A stretch of DNA of 64,000 bases, the filler included, from Dimargaris cristalligena (taxonomy: Eukaryota): NCBI GenBank assembly GCA_003614675.1. It is 3 parts of 3 records of this genome, joined end to end, with 100 filler letters (N's around TTAATTAATTAA, not from the genome) between each part and the next. Parts side by side here need not be neighbours in the genome. Positions count along the whole stretch, not along the records: positions 1 to 22,475 come from ML002632.1; positions 22,576 to 45,010 come from ML002633.1; 1 more part is not named here. One strand, 5' to 3'. The position numbers and the translations under genes are program-made. Positions 12,137-24,630 of this stretch are shown here, piece by piece. The notes under the pieces were generated by a model. The model was not told the origin of the DNA and searched no databases. It saw only the letters and a program-made list of their open reading frames with translations. Position 1 is the stretch's first letter, and each line of letters begins with the position of its first letter.

Positions 12137-12321
12137 AGCCCGGCGCCCTCACGGTAGAGTATCTGTTCCTTCGGCCTTGGGATAACAGGTCCACCTTTTC
12201 CTGGCGGCGGTGCTGGGTATACTCCAGTGAGCGGGGGCGAGCTCACCACTTCCACTAAATTTCGGGAAATCGAGGGGCGCACCGCTGCGGAATCGGACCT
12301 TGGCTCTGGTTAGGTTGGGTT
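12137..12321. ncRNA. Candidate structured non-coding RNA (family unknown)
   Basis: GC-rich intergenic island with nested complementary segments: 12187-12192/12295-12300, 12204-12213/12279-12288 and 12227-12232/12241-12246. Not folded computationally. Confidence 0.3.
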
Positions 12322-13163
12322 TGTGTGTGATCGTGTGTAACCCTAAGGGTTAGATCACACAAGGTACACCTTCCCCCCTCCCCTCCTTAATTTGCCTAAC
12401 GGGTTAATCCGAAAGGGCTCAGCAGAAGTTAAGCCATTCCCGAGCATGGGCTTGTCTAGCCCAGTTTGATATAATATATCCAGCCCATCGACGTATAAAT
12501 CGATAGTGGGTGATGCAGGCTACCAGAGAGATTAGACTGGGAACAACGCATCTTCATATTCATAAACATGGCCACGCCCACAGCTACATTCCCAGGATAA
12601 TGTTAAATCAACAGCCCCTGCTCTTTATGATTATCCATCACAACCCCCCTCCACGTATAAGATTAGATTAGGGGTATGTATTTGGCAAAATAAATAGCCA
12701 CCGTGCCCAGAAATACCCGTAGATTATAAATCGGCCCATACCCCCAATCCATGTAGGTCAAGATTAGCCAGGTGAGGACTTAGGCCGGTCACTGACTAAG
12801 CCGGTTAAGTCTTTACCAAGCATGTTGCTTGAAATTCAGGGTTTTATTCTTTTTGGGAAGTCAAGCTAAAGGGTCATAATAAAGAATGAAGACATTTCAG
12901 CATGTTATACGATTAAATAAGCGCTGCCTCCTAAGCGGGAAATTACGCACCCCTAATAGCCCCCGCGAACGATTCATCGCGGTTTGCTATTCGCACCAAG
13001 GAAACATTCGGTTCCAAGTGGAACGGGCGGTGGGTGTAGCCCGGCCCGTAAGGCACTCATTTTCCCGCTCGTGAACAATATAAGAGGGGGGAGGGATTTA
13101 AAAAAATAATACGGAAATAATAAGAAACTGAAACTGAACGGACAACAGGAAACCAATAATAAT

Positions 13164-15107
13164 CTACGGAAGCGCAAGCTGATTCATCATCAGTTCCGTT
13201 TCAACGACCTGCAGAGCCTGTTTCAGACCCAGGTGCTGACGGGCGGCCTCGAGCCAGTCCCGGGACACCTGTTTCGACCAACCCGTCAACTGGTTCAGTT
13301 CACGGGTCGCACTGTCCAAATCTCCTTGGTCGAGATAGTATTCCGTCCGGGCCAGGATGGCCTCGGTATCTTCACCACCCACCAAACCCTGCTTCTTGAA
13401 CATGAGTTTAGACAGAGCCATGGAGAGGGTATGGGAGAGCATACCACCGTCCTCGGGCACGAGCGCGGTGCGACGGATCTGTTCCCGGACCAAACGGAAC
13501 CGGTTCCGCAGAGCGGGAAGGGTTTGGATGCCTTCGTCAGCGACCTGGTCCTGCACGGACGCCAGTGCGGCCACGGAGGCCTGGTAGTCGTGACCCGTAC
13601 CGCTCCGGGAGGCCTCGGCCGCATCGCGGGTCAGGCGTTGCAACGTAACGAGTTCCAGATCGACGGGATGCTGGTCCACGCCCTGGTCCACCACCTGGCG
13701 CATCGCCAGGAGGGCCTGATTAATGTGCGCCGCCTCGGTTTGGGCGCGCAGCACCCCGGCCATGGACCGACTGATGCCCTCCAGTTCCTTCAGCAAATCC
13801 TGCACCTGTTCCAAATTCGCCAACCGGCCACCCCGTTCCTGGTCAACCCGGAACCGGATCAGGCGGTTGAACTGGCGGTACAGCGCCCCGCGTTGGCTTT
13901 CCAAGGCGGCGCCCAGTTGGTTCTGGTACGATTGGCGCCAGTTTTGTTTTTCGCCCGCCAGTTTATCGTGGTATTCCTGGGCCTGGGCCCGCAGGGCGTC
14001 TTCGACTAGCTGGCCGTTGTGCTGCAGGATGGCTTCAAAACGTTGACCCTGTTCCTGGAGGGCCGCTTCGACCGCGGTATCGGCTGCGGCTTGGTCGGCG
14101 GGCTGCAGTTCACTGAGGAAGTTTTCGAGCTCCGCCAGTTTGTTGCTCACGGCCAGGACAGCGTCACGGCTTTTCTGGCTACTGGCCCCACCGCTTTGGG
14201 AGTTCAGTACGTCGACAATTTGGCCAATCGAGGCCGCGAGGTGGGCCAAGGCCGGGGGCGCATCGGTACTTACGGGGAGTTCGTAGTGCAGGTTGAGGGT
14301 CTCCAAGGGGTTGGCGGTGACCTGGGTAGTGGGGGCAGTGGTCGTTTGAGTTAATTCGGGTTCCACAGGGGCAGCAGAGTCCGTCTGGGCCACTAACTGA
14401 TCGGTAGAGGTAAAGGGCTGTTCAGCCTTGGTCGGGGCACCCGTCGAAGCATTGGAGGTGGGCTTGAGCACGGGCGGGAACTCGGTTTCCCCGGAGGGAG
14501 TCTTAACCGGCAGGCTCGGGGGCGAAACCGTAGTAGGAGGGGTATTCGTAGAGGTGTTAGTGGTAGCGGTAGTAGTAGTCGCTTTATCTTTAGCCGCCCC
14601 GGGAGTGGGGAAGGGGTAGTTGGAGTTGGCCACCAATTCCTCCGCTTTGTGGTTTGCCTGTTCGTAAAGCCCGTGGAGCGATTCGTACGCCTGGCCACTC
14701 AAATCGGCCAACGCAAACAGGTAGTTACCGTCCCGCTTTCGGATGGCCTCCAGCGTAGTATTGCCGTAGGGGAAGTAGTCCCGGAAGGTGCGTTCGAATT
14801 CGGCGTCCTGGGAGGCGTAAATGGCCGAACCCGTGTAGGCCACCCCGGCGGTTAAGGTAGTGTAGAAGAGACGCTTGAACGTGGATCCCTTCTTCTTGGG
14901 GGGAGGAGTGGGGATGGCCTTTGCACCGGCCGTGTTGGTGTTGGTGCTGGCGCTAGTGGCAGCGGTAGCAGTCGCTGTATTAGCGGGACCGGCGGCCGGG
15001 GCTTCGGTCGAGAGAAGGCGGCGCCGAAGGGCCGTCCGGAGATTCTGCGAGGCGGAAATCCGGGCGGAATAGGGCAGCCGGGAGACGGCAGCAGCGGTCC
15101 GAAGCAT
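13164..15107 (-). CDS. MIC60: MICOS complex subunit Mic60 / mitofilin (intronless)
   Basis: Mitochondrial presequence, then a TM segment after KKKGSTFKR, a coiled coil, and a mitofilin C-terminus (ERGGRLANL...LVPEDGGMLSH...GEDTEAILARTEYYL...ELNQLTGW...DWLEAARQHL). Confidence 0.95.
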   Translation of the reverse strand: MLRTAAAVSRLPYSARISASQNLRTALRRRLLSTEAPAAGPANTATATAATSASTNTNTAGAKAIPTPPPKKKGSTFKRLFYTTLTAGVAYTGSAIYASQDAEFERTFRDYFPYGNTTLEAIRKRDGNYLFALADLSGQAYESLHGLYEQANHKAEELVANSNYPFPTPGAAKDKATTTTATTNTSTNTPPTTVSPPSLPVKTPSGETEFPPVLKPTSNASTGAPTKAEQPFTSTDQLVAQTDSAAPVEPELTQTTTAPTTQVTANPLETLNLHYELPVSTDAPPALAHLAASIGQIVDVLNSQSGGASSQKSRDAVLAVSNKLAELENFLSELQPADQAAADTAVEAALQEQGQRFEAILQHNGQLVEDALRAQAQEYHDKLAGEKQNWRQSYQNQLGAALESQRGALYRQFNRLIRFRVDQERGGRLANLEQVQDLLKELEGISRSMAGVLRAQTEAAHINQALLAMRQVVDQGVDQHPVDLELVTLQRLTRDAAEASRSGTGHDYQASVAALASVQDQVADEGIQTLPALRNRFRLVREQIRRTALVPEDGGMLSHTLSMALSKLMFKKQGLVGGEDTEAILARTEYYLDQGDLDSATRELNQLTGWSKQVSRDWLEAARQHLGLKQALQVVETELMMNQLALP

Positions 15108-15762
15108 GGTGTTGTTATTACTATTGAATCAAGTGAACACTAGAGACACAGCTGAGATCAATGTCACTGGGAATCGGCGACTAGGGAGGGAGGCGTGGAT
15201 GACGATGCCGGCACAGTAAAGAGCAGGGCGAAGCGGAAGTGTAATGTGAAGGGCCTGAGACAGGGTCAAAAGGACCACAGATCGGCTATAATATAAAAAA
15301 ACCTGACAAGTAAAAGCAACTCCAGTTCTGGTTAACAAGACCCAATTCATAACTTCACAAGTGCATGGAATCCCACTTTCCTCCCTAAGCCTTTCCCTTT
15401 GAGGGCCTCGGACTACTATGTCACCTGCGCTACTCACACGCCAATTTAGTCTGGCATTATGGCATACTCCCCTCCTCCCTATAAAATAGTCAGCAGGTGG
15501 ATTGGGCCAGCAGGTCCCCACTACTTCCCTAAAATAACCCACCCCAGCCAGTAGCAGCAACCCTCGCCCATTCTGGCTGATTTTACCCCAACAGTCATTT
15601 TTGAGACCATCAGGGCAGATAAATATCCCACCTTTTATCTCCCCCATTAAAATCAATCCGATGAAATTGTCCACTAATAAACTGTATTGTAACTCAGGAA
15701 GAAAGTCAATAGGCAACGGTGCCATTAAAAATATGTGGTTACATCGTTGTCACACGCACTGT

Positions 15763-18661
15763 TCATTCTAGTATCAATTGATTCAGCTGTCGGTTAATAT
15801 CCGGTTTTGGTTTCCCATTACTTGAATCTTGGCCGGCCGTGGCTGTTCGATAGTGCTCCGATACGAGTTTCATTAGGCCTTGCCGATCCAGCTTCGGATG
15901 GAGGGACTTGATGCGGCCGTAGTTATCCTATAGGTCATATAGGGAAGCCCATTAGGTAGTACGAATGGTAATTAGTTTTTTGATTAAAAGTAGTAATAGT
16001 GGTGATAATAAATGTGGGCGATTATGATAATCCCTAGTCCTAGTCTTGCCAATGTGAGTCGGCGGGATATTCGCCTGTGCTTTAAGGTGCATTGTTGTCC
16101 ATTGAACGGATAGTGTAAACCTGGTAGATGTATATCTGACAAACCTTGACGAACTGTTGGTAGGGATTCAGGGTTTTGTTGCTAATATCCTGGCCCTGGC
16201 GTCCCATTAGTAATAATTTGCTATTGGATGAGTAATGATAGATATACGTAATAAATAATGGTTGATTCGATACGTTAACCATGTAAATTTGGCATAATAG
16301 TAGAGGTGTAGAGGGCACGGGTGGAATCACCATATTCCCCCCATCTGTTTCTACGGCTCCTCTGCCTTGTAATACCTTGGCCTACCCACATCCCTAGGGT
16401 ACCATTACAATAGCATGTTGGGTATGCGAATACAATGGTCCTTACCTTTTACAGCGACCGCATACTTTCTTGGTCATATCGATGGACTTGGAATGACGGC
16501 CATACCTAAGGAATATTAATATATCGAATAAATCAGCAAATAATTAGCAGGAGGCCACTCGAAAGACGTCGGCAGATTGCCACAGGGGAAATACCAACAT
16601 CGACGCTAGACATTTGTTCGGCATCGGTGGTACGGGATGGTAAATAAAGGCAGATCAGCAGGTATAGGCGACTTCGGGTTTAACTTACACTGTGGCACAG
16701 CTTGTATTACTACAGGTATACTTGTATTTGTAGTCAATGTCATACGAATGGCGGGTAGTGATGGGGATATTGGGATAGGCCTGCATCGCCCGCTGGGCCC
16801 TGGCGGTATTATTTCGACCAATATTTATTCACGATCATGTTAACATAAGAAGTAGTCGACCCCGGCGATCGGGGAGAGTGAGCTATAAAGTCATACGTTT
16901 TAGCTTACATTCTTTATCAAACAACTGGGGTATTATTTTAACCGTAAATAGCCATACTCTATGTGGCCCCAATAAGGAAACTCCACATCTTTATAATCGA
17001 CACTTACCACTTTTTAAACATAGGACCATGGCCCTCCTCTTTTCCATCGATTATCCAGACGGCGCAATGGCACAGCTCATGTAGAAGAGTCTCCTGTAGT
17101 CGCTCTGAATTGTGGGGGTTGTCCGGAGCGGATCAGTAGTGTTATTAACCCATTCGCCAAAACCATAGAGCATACCCATTAGTAGCAATTTAATCTGTAG
17201 ACTGGCCTGCTCATCTTAGATTTGCCTAGTTGGGATATTCCGAGTATGAACAGGTAACTTACCGACCCGGTTGATGACTTTGGTCGCCAATTCAACCCGA
17301 CATTTGCGCTCTTCGTTTTTGACCTTCCTATGTTTTGGATGATGACAGCCAATAGTTACATTAAGGGTATCTTAGAGCTATTCCATCATATTATTTGAAC
17401 ACGCATTCGTCCAAAGGGGAAAATAACCTAGCTCGTAATTAACCACGATAACCTACCAACCAGTATAGGCTCGTCCCGCCGTCTTATTCAAGGAGACGGA
17501 CCACTCGACCAACATATTCTCGGGAAGCCGGTTGTTAAAAACGCGCCTATTAAACTCGTGGAATAATTCGATACCCAGCGCGGGGCCGTATTTTTTAAAA
17601 TTCCGGACAGCCAAAACTGCCAATGAGCCGGTAGGTGTCAACTTGTGCGATATTGATTGTTCGGCCAACGGCGGTATGTCATCGTTGGGGCGGTGGGTCA
17701 CTGATTTGGGGGTTCGCTTGGCACCAGGGCGCTTGGGGCTGGCTTTTATAATTAGTTTATGGCATACCGGGTGCCCTTTTCTATATAACGTTTATGATGG
17801 TTACAAAATGGGTAGTAGAGCATATCGAATACTGCGCTGTCAGTGGGGTAGTTAAAGTCGACTCGGATCTAGCAGGGCCGCCCGACTCCGCTTGCACTAA
17901 AAAAACGGCACTCGGTCAAAAATAGGGCCCAGCCGAATAAAGCTACCGAGTTGGTATTGTCGACGAATTAAGCAGTTATTCCTATTCTTCCCCAATAGGC
18001 ATCCTATAACAGTACTATTAGTTAACTAGCTATGTAACCTGGCTTACACTATGGGGGGTTTAGGTTTTCGGGGAGGGGCTACCTTGGGGGTTGGCTTAGT
18101 AAGCTTGGCATCTGTCGAGGATTGGTAGCAGTGCGGCAGTCGGGGTTAGTGCAATTTAAAACTTCGTCAAAAATTCTAACACTCAAATATGCTTCAGTTT
18201 TTACAATATCAAGATTTCCGTTACCACTGCCTATACCAAGGCAATCAGGGCCTTGGTCAGGACTAGGCGCACTAACCTGGCTCAGGAAGGCCGGCCTCAT
18301 CCTCGCTACTCGAAATGATAATAATCGCCGCTTCATCCCGGGGTTTGGTCCTGTGGGGTAATTTGATGATAGGTTTGGCGGGTTCATAGTCAGACGCTGA
18401 GTCGTCCGAATCGCAACTATCAAGCACACGCCGGGCCTGTGGCCGGGTTCGGGTTCGGGTTTGCGTTCGTCGAGGTACAGGGGGAGACGGGCCATCCGAG
18501 TCGGAGGTCCAATCGATGGACGAAGGTAAGGTCGTGCGTATTGCACGGGTTACTTGGGCTACAGGAGGAAGGGGTGACATCGTCGTTGCGGAGCCATGGG
18601 AATCGGCGGTAAACCATTCTTCGGTGCTGCTTGCTCCCAAAGGTGACGGGGGTCGGGCCAT
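15763..18661 (-). CDS. SprT-family metalloprotease, GCNA/ACRC-like (disordered N-terminus, SprT, Cys motif, HMG-like C-terminus), multi-exon
   Basis: Pieces read on the minus strand: an S/D/P-rich N-terminus from the ATG at 18661; FNRRVFNNRLP...WSVSLNKTAGRA (~17460-17560); VELATKVI (~17290); LLHELCHCAVWIIDG..GHGPMFKKW with HExxH (~17010-17100); RHSKSID...VCGRC (~16450-16500); NPYQQFVK; and a last exon DNYGRIK...LILE* ending at 15763. Not all junctions were resolved. Confidence 0.85.
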
Positions 18662-19589
18662 GTCAATGGGCAATGCGCAATGAGGAAATGGGAAACCAGA
18701 GTGGGTTAGAGGAGGGTTGAGTAGCGCTGGGTGGACTAAGGTGGGTCACAAGGGACTCAAGTAGCACTGTTCGGGCTAGGTAAGTCACAGAAAGAGAGAG
18801 GAGAGAGTAAATAAAGGCCCAAAGCTTGTCGGAGTACAAATTTATATTTTGATTTGTACGCAGTCTAGCATTACAAGATACCCGTGGGTTTGAGTTAGGG
18901 GATGGATTATGTGGAACAGATGCTGTCGATCCCGTGACCCGTAGCAATTACACACAAGAGGCGGACAAGTCTCGAACTACTCACATAGAGGAAGAGTGCA
19001 ACTTTCGCCGGCAGTGACGACTCCTTTTGCTGGTGAAGTCCAGTCACTGTCTAACCCCAGGCATTAAAAAGGATTGCGAGTTAATCTGGGGATCAGATAT
19101 TCGAGTGGGTTACCCATTCTATTTTATTAAATGTATCCACTAGGAGAAAGGGGCAAGTCAACTTAATGAAAAGATGGAGTATATTTGGACACTGGAACTC
19201 TGCGTGACCACTGTATATGAAAATGGCAATTGTATTAAGCCGGCCAGTTCTTGGGATAGTATCCCAGAATACAATACAGCAATTATGGATACAACAATGG
19301 GAGAAGAAGTATTCAGTAGTTGGGGGTTCATTACTGCTACCTGTGGGTCTCTTACACATAAGTCTTTTCGTTATCCCTACTAAATACGTCATATCCAGCA
19401 ATGAATCCGCAAGTTTACCCTAGGCGCCATTGTATGTGAGTGACAAAGAAACTGTGCCTAACCCTTCATTGGCCTATCATAGCGTTTTTCCTCATTCCTT
19501 TACCTTGTTGTTAGTTTCATTCAGCTAGTTATTCCCTTCCCGCCCTTCACCCTAATTTCCATCCCAATCCCTCCGCTCGTTCACTCTAC

Positions 19590-21588
19590 ATGGTCACTAC
19601 CAGCAGCCCGCCTACTGGCGCCATTGCGCGGCCTTCTCGAATAATTCGCCAAATTCGACGTCGGCGCCGTCGCTCTAAAGCGCTCGGTAAAGCCACTGCA
19701 GCCACCATTGACCCGGAGACAACGGCGAGTAATACTCCCCCGATGGCAGAGACTCCTCACCTCACGCCATCGTCACGCGGCGCACCCCAGTATTACCTGA
19801 CTGGGTCATGTAGTTTCCATAATTTGCGCGTTTTGGCTCGGCGGAATTCCACTGGGTTTATAAATAGTGACTCTCGGAAACGGATATGGTAAGCACTACG
19901 AGCTGAACGTGCCAATGTGTAATAATGGTCCGGGAATAGGTTATGATTATCCATCCACCAAATATCATATCATTACAAATAGGCGCTTTTTCTAGTGCGT
20001 GTGCGTATATACTCACAATCCATATTTTCATTTTGCTATTGACTTATTTTGCCTTGGCCGGTCCATCTAACTACCACTAGGTCAACGTTGTTATTAATTG
20101 ACCGGATTGATGTGCCCCGACACCAAGGTAAGTATTATCAACACGTATACTGTTGCACGTATTCGAATCAAACCAACTAAACGGCGTTCGCTGTAGTCAC
20201 ATATTGACGCGTAGCTCATACCATTAACCATGCTCGCACTATGGCAATGATATTTAACCGGTACCAGTTTCAGTATTGGCCCATCCCGATGAGGCTCAGC
20301 TCAAGCTAGATGTGGGCCGCACCCATTTTCCGCTAGCACCATGTAAGTCGGCAATTCACTTTAAAATCGAGTTTTATGGCTATTGCTCATTTATCGACTC
20401 AGGTTCTGGTGTCTGAACACCCATCCGAGATATTGCCACAACTAATGTTCGATCGCCATTTCAAATTTCTCACTATTCGGGTTCATACGCTGTATGTCGC
20501 CTGGTTTAGACCAACAGGACCAACTCACCCAAATCACTCATACGCTCCTCCGGCGGAATTCCTGGCTCCATTACTACCAGGGCCTTAATGACATTTGCAC
20601 CGTGTTTCTACTCGTGCTCGGCCCCGAATTGGCCCCCGCGGCCGCTGAAAACGCATCTCTCATATATTTCCGTGATTTTATGAGCCACGATTTCCAAAAT
20701 GTGCATATTTTCCTCGGCTGCATCTACACCCTCATCCAGCAGGAGGATTCCGCCCTCTATGAATTGATTTTAGAAACCGAACTACCGCCCTACTTTGCCA
20801 CTAGCTGGATTCTAACTTGGTTCAGTCATGACTTGCGGGATATCCAGCTCGCCAGTCGTTTATTCGATTTCTTTTTGACCACCAACCCCCTTATGCCCAT
20901 TTACTTTGCCACTGCCTTGGTATTGCACCATCGCTCGGCGTTATTGGCCCTGGAGCGCGAGTTCCCCATGTTGCATCAGTACTTGGGTAAAGTAGCCGGT
21001 AATTTGGATATACCTACTATCAACGTCCTCATTGCGGAAACATACCGTCTATGGCGTAAGCATTCGGCCCGGCGGCTGTTTAAATCCGGATTCCATCGGT
21101 ATTCATGTATATCGACTTACCCGGCCCTCGAAAAATGGCTGATTCAACGAGCTGACGATGGTGATGACGTTGTCCGGAGTGATCATGGCGAACATTTGGA
21201 CTTGGCCAATTGCTTGCCGGACCTGGCCGAACCGCCTCCGAGTTTATTCGACACAGGTAACGGTGACCCAAATGACAGTACCGATACTGAAAAACCCACT
21301 CCATCTGTGAAGGGAGGCAAAAACTCTTGCGCAACGCATCCATTAGATAGACCGGCGAACCACTATGAACAGCTCACTTCCACCTGGCCCCAACCGACCT
21401 CTAATGATCCTAGCCCCGGGTCTATGCGTCGGATATGGGTTCAAACGGTCGATCGACTCCGTAATTTTAACCTTTATTATAAGCCGCATTACCATTCGCC
21501 TCAGGTCTCGCAGCAGGCTATTATGGCCATGGCGGTGTATGCAGCCGGGGCGCTGTTTTTATACCTGCAAAGCTTTCCGCCCATATAA
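19590..21588 (+). CDS. TBC-domain Rab GAP, TBC1D20/Gyp8-like, multi-exon
   Basis: Motifs GFINSDSRKRIW, DEAQLKLDVGRT (R finger), LHYYQGLNDIC (Q finger), PYFATSWILTWFSHD and RLFDFFL, plus a C-terminal hydrophobic anchor. GTAAG donors lie near 19889, 20128 and 20343. Confidence 0.9.
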
Positions 21589-22475
21589 CCCCCCCCCTCC
21601 GTGGGGTTCGTTTATTTGGGATACCTAGCTATGCCACTACAACATCCTCGTTCTATCTAACTTTCGTTCACTGAATTCTAACTCGATCTGTCCTATATTT
21701 GGCCCACTTGGATTTAAATACTAATGTACTGTTATGGCTTTTAATCAGAGCCGATTCAATACAGGGTGAGTTCAGTCCAATCGTATATAGCTTTGTTTTG
21801 AATACCAATGAAGCTAATGCTAATATACTATTTACCTTGTAAAATTTGATCCAAGTAATGAGAGTTTTGTTTTATAGTTGCACAAAATATACACAATTGG
21901 CCTTGGAAAATCTTACTGTCTGGTACTTTAGCGGACTTACTATAAATACTATATTAATATGTCTAATGGTATAAGAATATACAGTAAAACTTCAATCTCA
22001 ATTCCTACTACAAAGACAACCGGACCTCAAAAAAAAGAAGAAAAAAAGTTATAGCATTAACTATTCCCAAGTGGTTACCCACCTCAGTACTAAATTAACT
22101 AATTGGAGCTTATCTTTGCAGATCTAACGGGATACAGAGTGCATCCCAATATTTGGCCACAACTGAAATGTTACGATGTTGGGCAATGTAAATAGTAATA
22201 AAATAAAAATATAATAGAAATAATACCCTCGGGTACTCGAAAATAACTAAAACAAAATCAAACTTCCGCAGAAGTGCTATCTGGTGAATTCTTCAGCCTC
22301 GACTAAAAAGTTGTGTTTATTAATAAGATATTCTACCGAGTATTTATACTAAAACTCGGGGATTATAAATTGGTAGACGTTTTTAAAGACTAAAGGATTA
22401 AACTCAGGCTAAATAGTTTCGTTTGTATAACCAAAACAAAAGGAAAGACAAGGGTCTTCGAATAATATCATTGGT

Positions 22476-22575
22476 NNNNNNNNNNNNNNNNNNNNNNNNN
22501 NNNNNNNNNNNNNNNNNNNTTAATTAATTAANNNNNNNNNNNNNNNNNNNNNNNNNNNNNNNNNNNNNNNNNNNN
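22476..22575. other. Artificial assembly spacer N44-TTAATTAATTAA-N44
   Basis: Exactly 100 nt, with a 12-mer giving stop codons in all six frames. Identical to 45011-45110. Confidence 0.97.
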
Positions 22576-23056
22576 AGAGGGGGCGGTCGCAGAAGTGGCG
22601 GACCTGGAGATGGGTAGGGGGGGGAGTGGGTGTAACCGAATGGACAGGGGCCACTGGGGCGGCGCCACCCGCGGCCGAGAACACATCATGGCTGCCGGTC
22701 GAAGGAGTCACGGCTGCAGGAGTTGACGTGTTCGATGAGGGTGCAGACTCGGTGTATGCGCGATTCAACATGGCAAAAGGACTAACATGTTGACGGTGTG
22801 CGGATAACGGCTGGGCTGAGGTGAAGGACTGTATATATTGGGGAGACAGTGGCGGGGTCTTTCCCGTTGGCGGGGAGCCATCAGACTCGCAGGGAGAGTC
22901 AGATTGGTGGGATTTGCGGGCATCCTTCCGTCCCTTGGTGGTCGTAATTCGCAGACCAGAAGATAAACCACCCTTCTTGGATTTCTTGGTGGGGCCTTCG
23001 GGTTGGGATTGACCAACATGAGTAGATGATTGGTTTAATTTCTTCAAGAAAAACAT
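22576..23056 (-). CDS. 5' part of a gene truncated by the gap; S/P/T-rich N-terminus, product unknown
   Basis: Open frame from the ATG at 23056 (MFFLKKLNQSS...) running into the N spacer, with coding-like composition. No recognisable domain. Confidence 0.55.
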
Positions 23057-24300
23057 GCTGTTCAGGCCGGTGGGTGAGGGGGGTAGGACCAGGGGGGTTG
23101 CGGAGCCCAAACAATACCGACTAAAATTTAATCGGTGACGTGGGACAAGTCGGGGAGTAAAAAAAAAAACAAGGGGATTCGGCTACTGTGGTTAATATAT
23201 ACTATATAAAAAATAAGCTAAATGCACTAGATAAGGAGTTAAACAGCGCGCACGAGTAGACCTTGCTGCACTTTAATTAAGCTGTGCACAGGTTATGTAT
23301 ACGCCAGGGGTCGACTCGAGGCAGCTAGAAGGGGCAGTGGGCCGTGGAGTAGGGGACAGTTACAGTGTTTTGGTTGTCAAGTGGGCGCACTTGGGCAGGC
23401 ACGTCTCCGGCTACCCAGGTAGACCACTGAGGGAGAGGGGGTATAAACTTCGAGCGAGAAGGGACACACGCACGCACACACATACAAAGGTGGAAATGCA
23501 GCGACCGCGGAGCAAAGGGGGGGAGGAGGGGCGCCGTGTGGGATGGGTTGACTTGCCAAAAGCGGATGGGTGTGGCGGGGCCAAGGTGGCGGAGAAGGAG
23601 CGGGGAGTCACGCAGGCGGGCACTGATTTAGGGATTCGGGTATAGCAAGAGGAAACTGAGGGCCTTGAACGGAGCAATAAGCAAGAGATGGACTAACAAA
23701 GGAAACAGCAAAGGTTTAGGAGTCTAACTAGATAGCTATGGGGAACGCAGGGAAAGTGGGTGGTTGGTGTTAATAGAGTTTACGGGACAAAGGGAGGGAA
23801 AGGGGAGTGAGTGGGTGGGTGGGATATAATAGCTGGGAGACACTGGTAGGGAGGGCAGGAGAGTAAGCCTACGTGGCCCCGTCGGAGTTGGGTTGAAGAG
23901 ACCAACTCCCAGGAAACAAAATGAACCGAGATACTGAATAACGAGTATTACCGGGGAAGGGGGCCGCGCAATACGGTCAGGGGTTTATAAAAGACGGAGT
24001 TAACCAAAGTGAATAGAACACACACACAGATAAAGGACGACGATATCAAACAGTCAGCGATAATAGGTAAAGGCGAAGTGCACTACTATAGGGGAAGATT
24101 GACGATTATGTATTTTTAGATAGGAAGGAGAAGTACGGATTTAAAAAAAATCAATAAATCAACCACAAAGAACAGAGAACAGAACAGAACCAAATAAAGA
24201 AGATAAAGTGGAAGAGAAAGAAGGGGGAAATTATCAAAAGGGTTGCGGGGGTAGAGGCCCAGTCCGGGGCATTTATAGTAGAGGGAGGTTTGAAGGGACC

Positions 24301-24385
24301 GCATATAGCATATAGTCTATAGTCAGTAGCATATAGCATATAGTCGGTAACATATAGCATATAGTCGGTAGTCCATAGCATATAG
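24301..24385. repeat. Degenerate minisatellite, ~21-bp unit GCATATAGCATATAGTCGGTA, about 4 copies
   Basis: Tandem units are visible directly in the sequence. Confidence 0.8.
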
Positions 24386-24596
24386 AGATAATCGAGGGTC
24401 ACTCAGCAACTAAAGAGTGAAGCGACAAAGGCCAGGGAACCCGACAGTGGTTATGCATCTGAAGTGAGCGGTATAAGCGGAAAATGAAAAGACAGGGGAT
24501 GGGTGGGGCTTCTCCCCGTTGGCTAAGGGGGAGGGGAGTTGGAGTTAGAGCTTGTGTTTTTAATACTTTGAATAAATAGATAAATACCTATCAGTA

Positions 24597-24630
<34 letters not shown>

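Noticed and set aside
12138-12206. tRNA-Sec-like ends (GCCCGG...CCACCTTT..GGCG) and U2-like GTATCTGTTC
   Set aside because: It is too short and lacks a TCA anticodon arm and T arm. The U2 5' stem and GTAGTA branch-pairing sequence are also absent.
12142-12300. HDV-like ribozyme or group I intron
   Set aside because: P3/L3 do not fit the HDV consensus and a stronger alternative helix exists. Only a lone Q-like ATTCCGCAGC is present, without convincing P, R or S elements.
15129-15725. 198-aa ORF upstream of MIC60
   Set aside because: It spans the MIC60 promoter and leader and has no domain or coding-like composition.
22520-22531. TTAATTAATTAA palindrome (also 45055-45066) as a biological site
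   Set aside because: It is centred in fixed-length N runs and is an assembly linker.
24301-24385. CRISPR-like array
   Set aside because: The units are directly adjacent with no unique spacers, in a eukaryotic context. It is a minisatellite.
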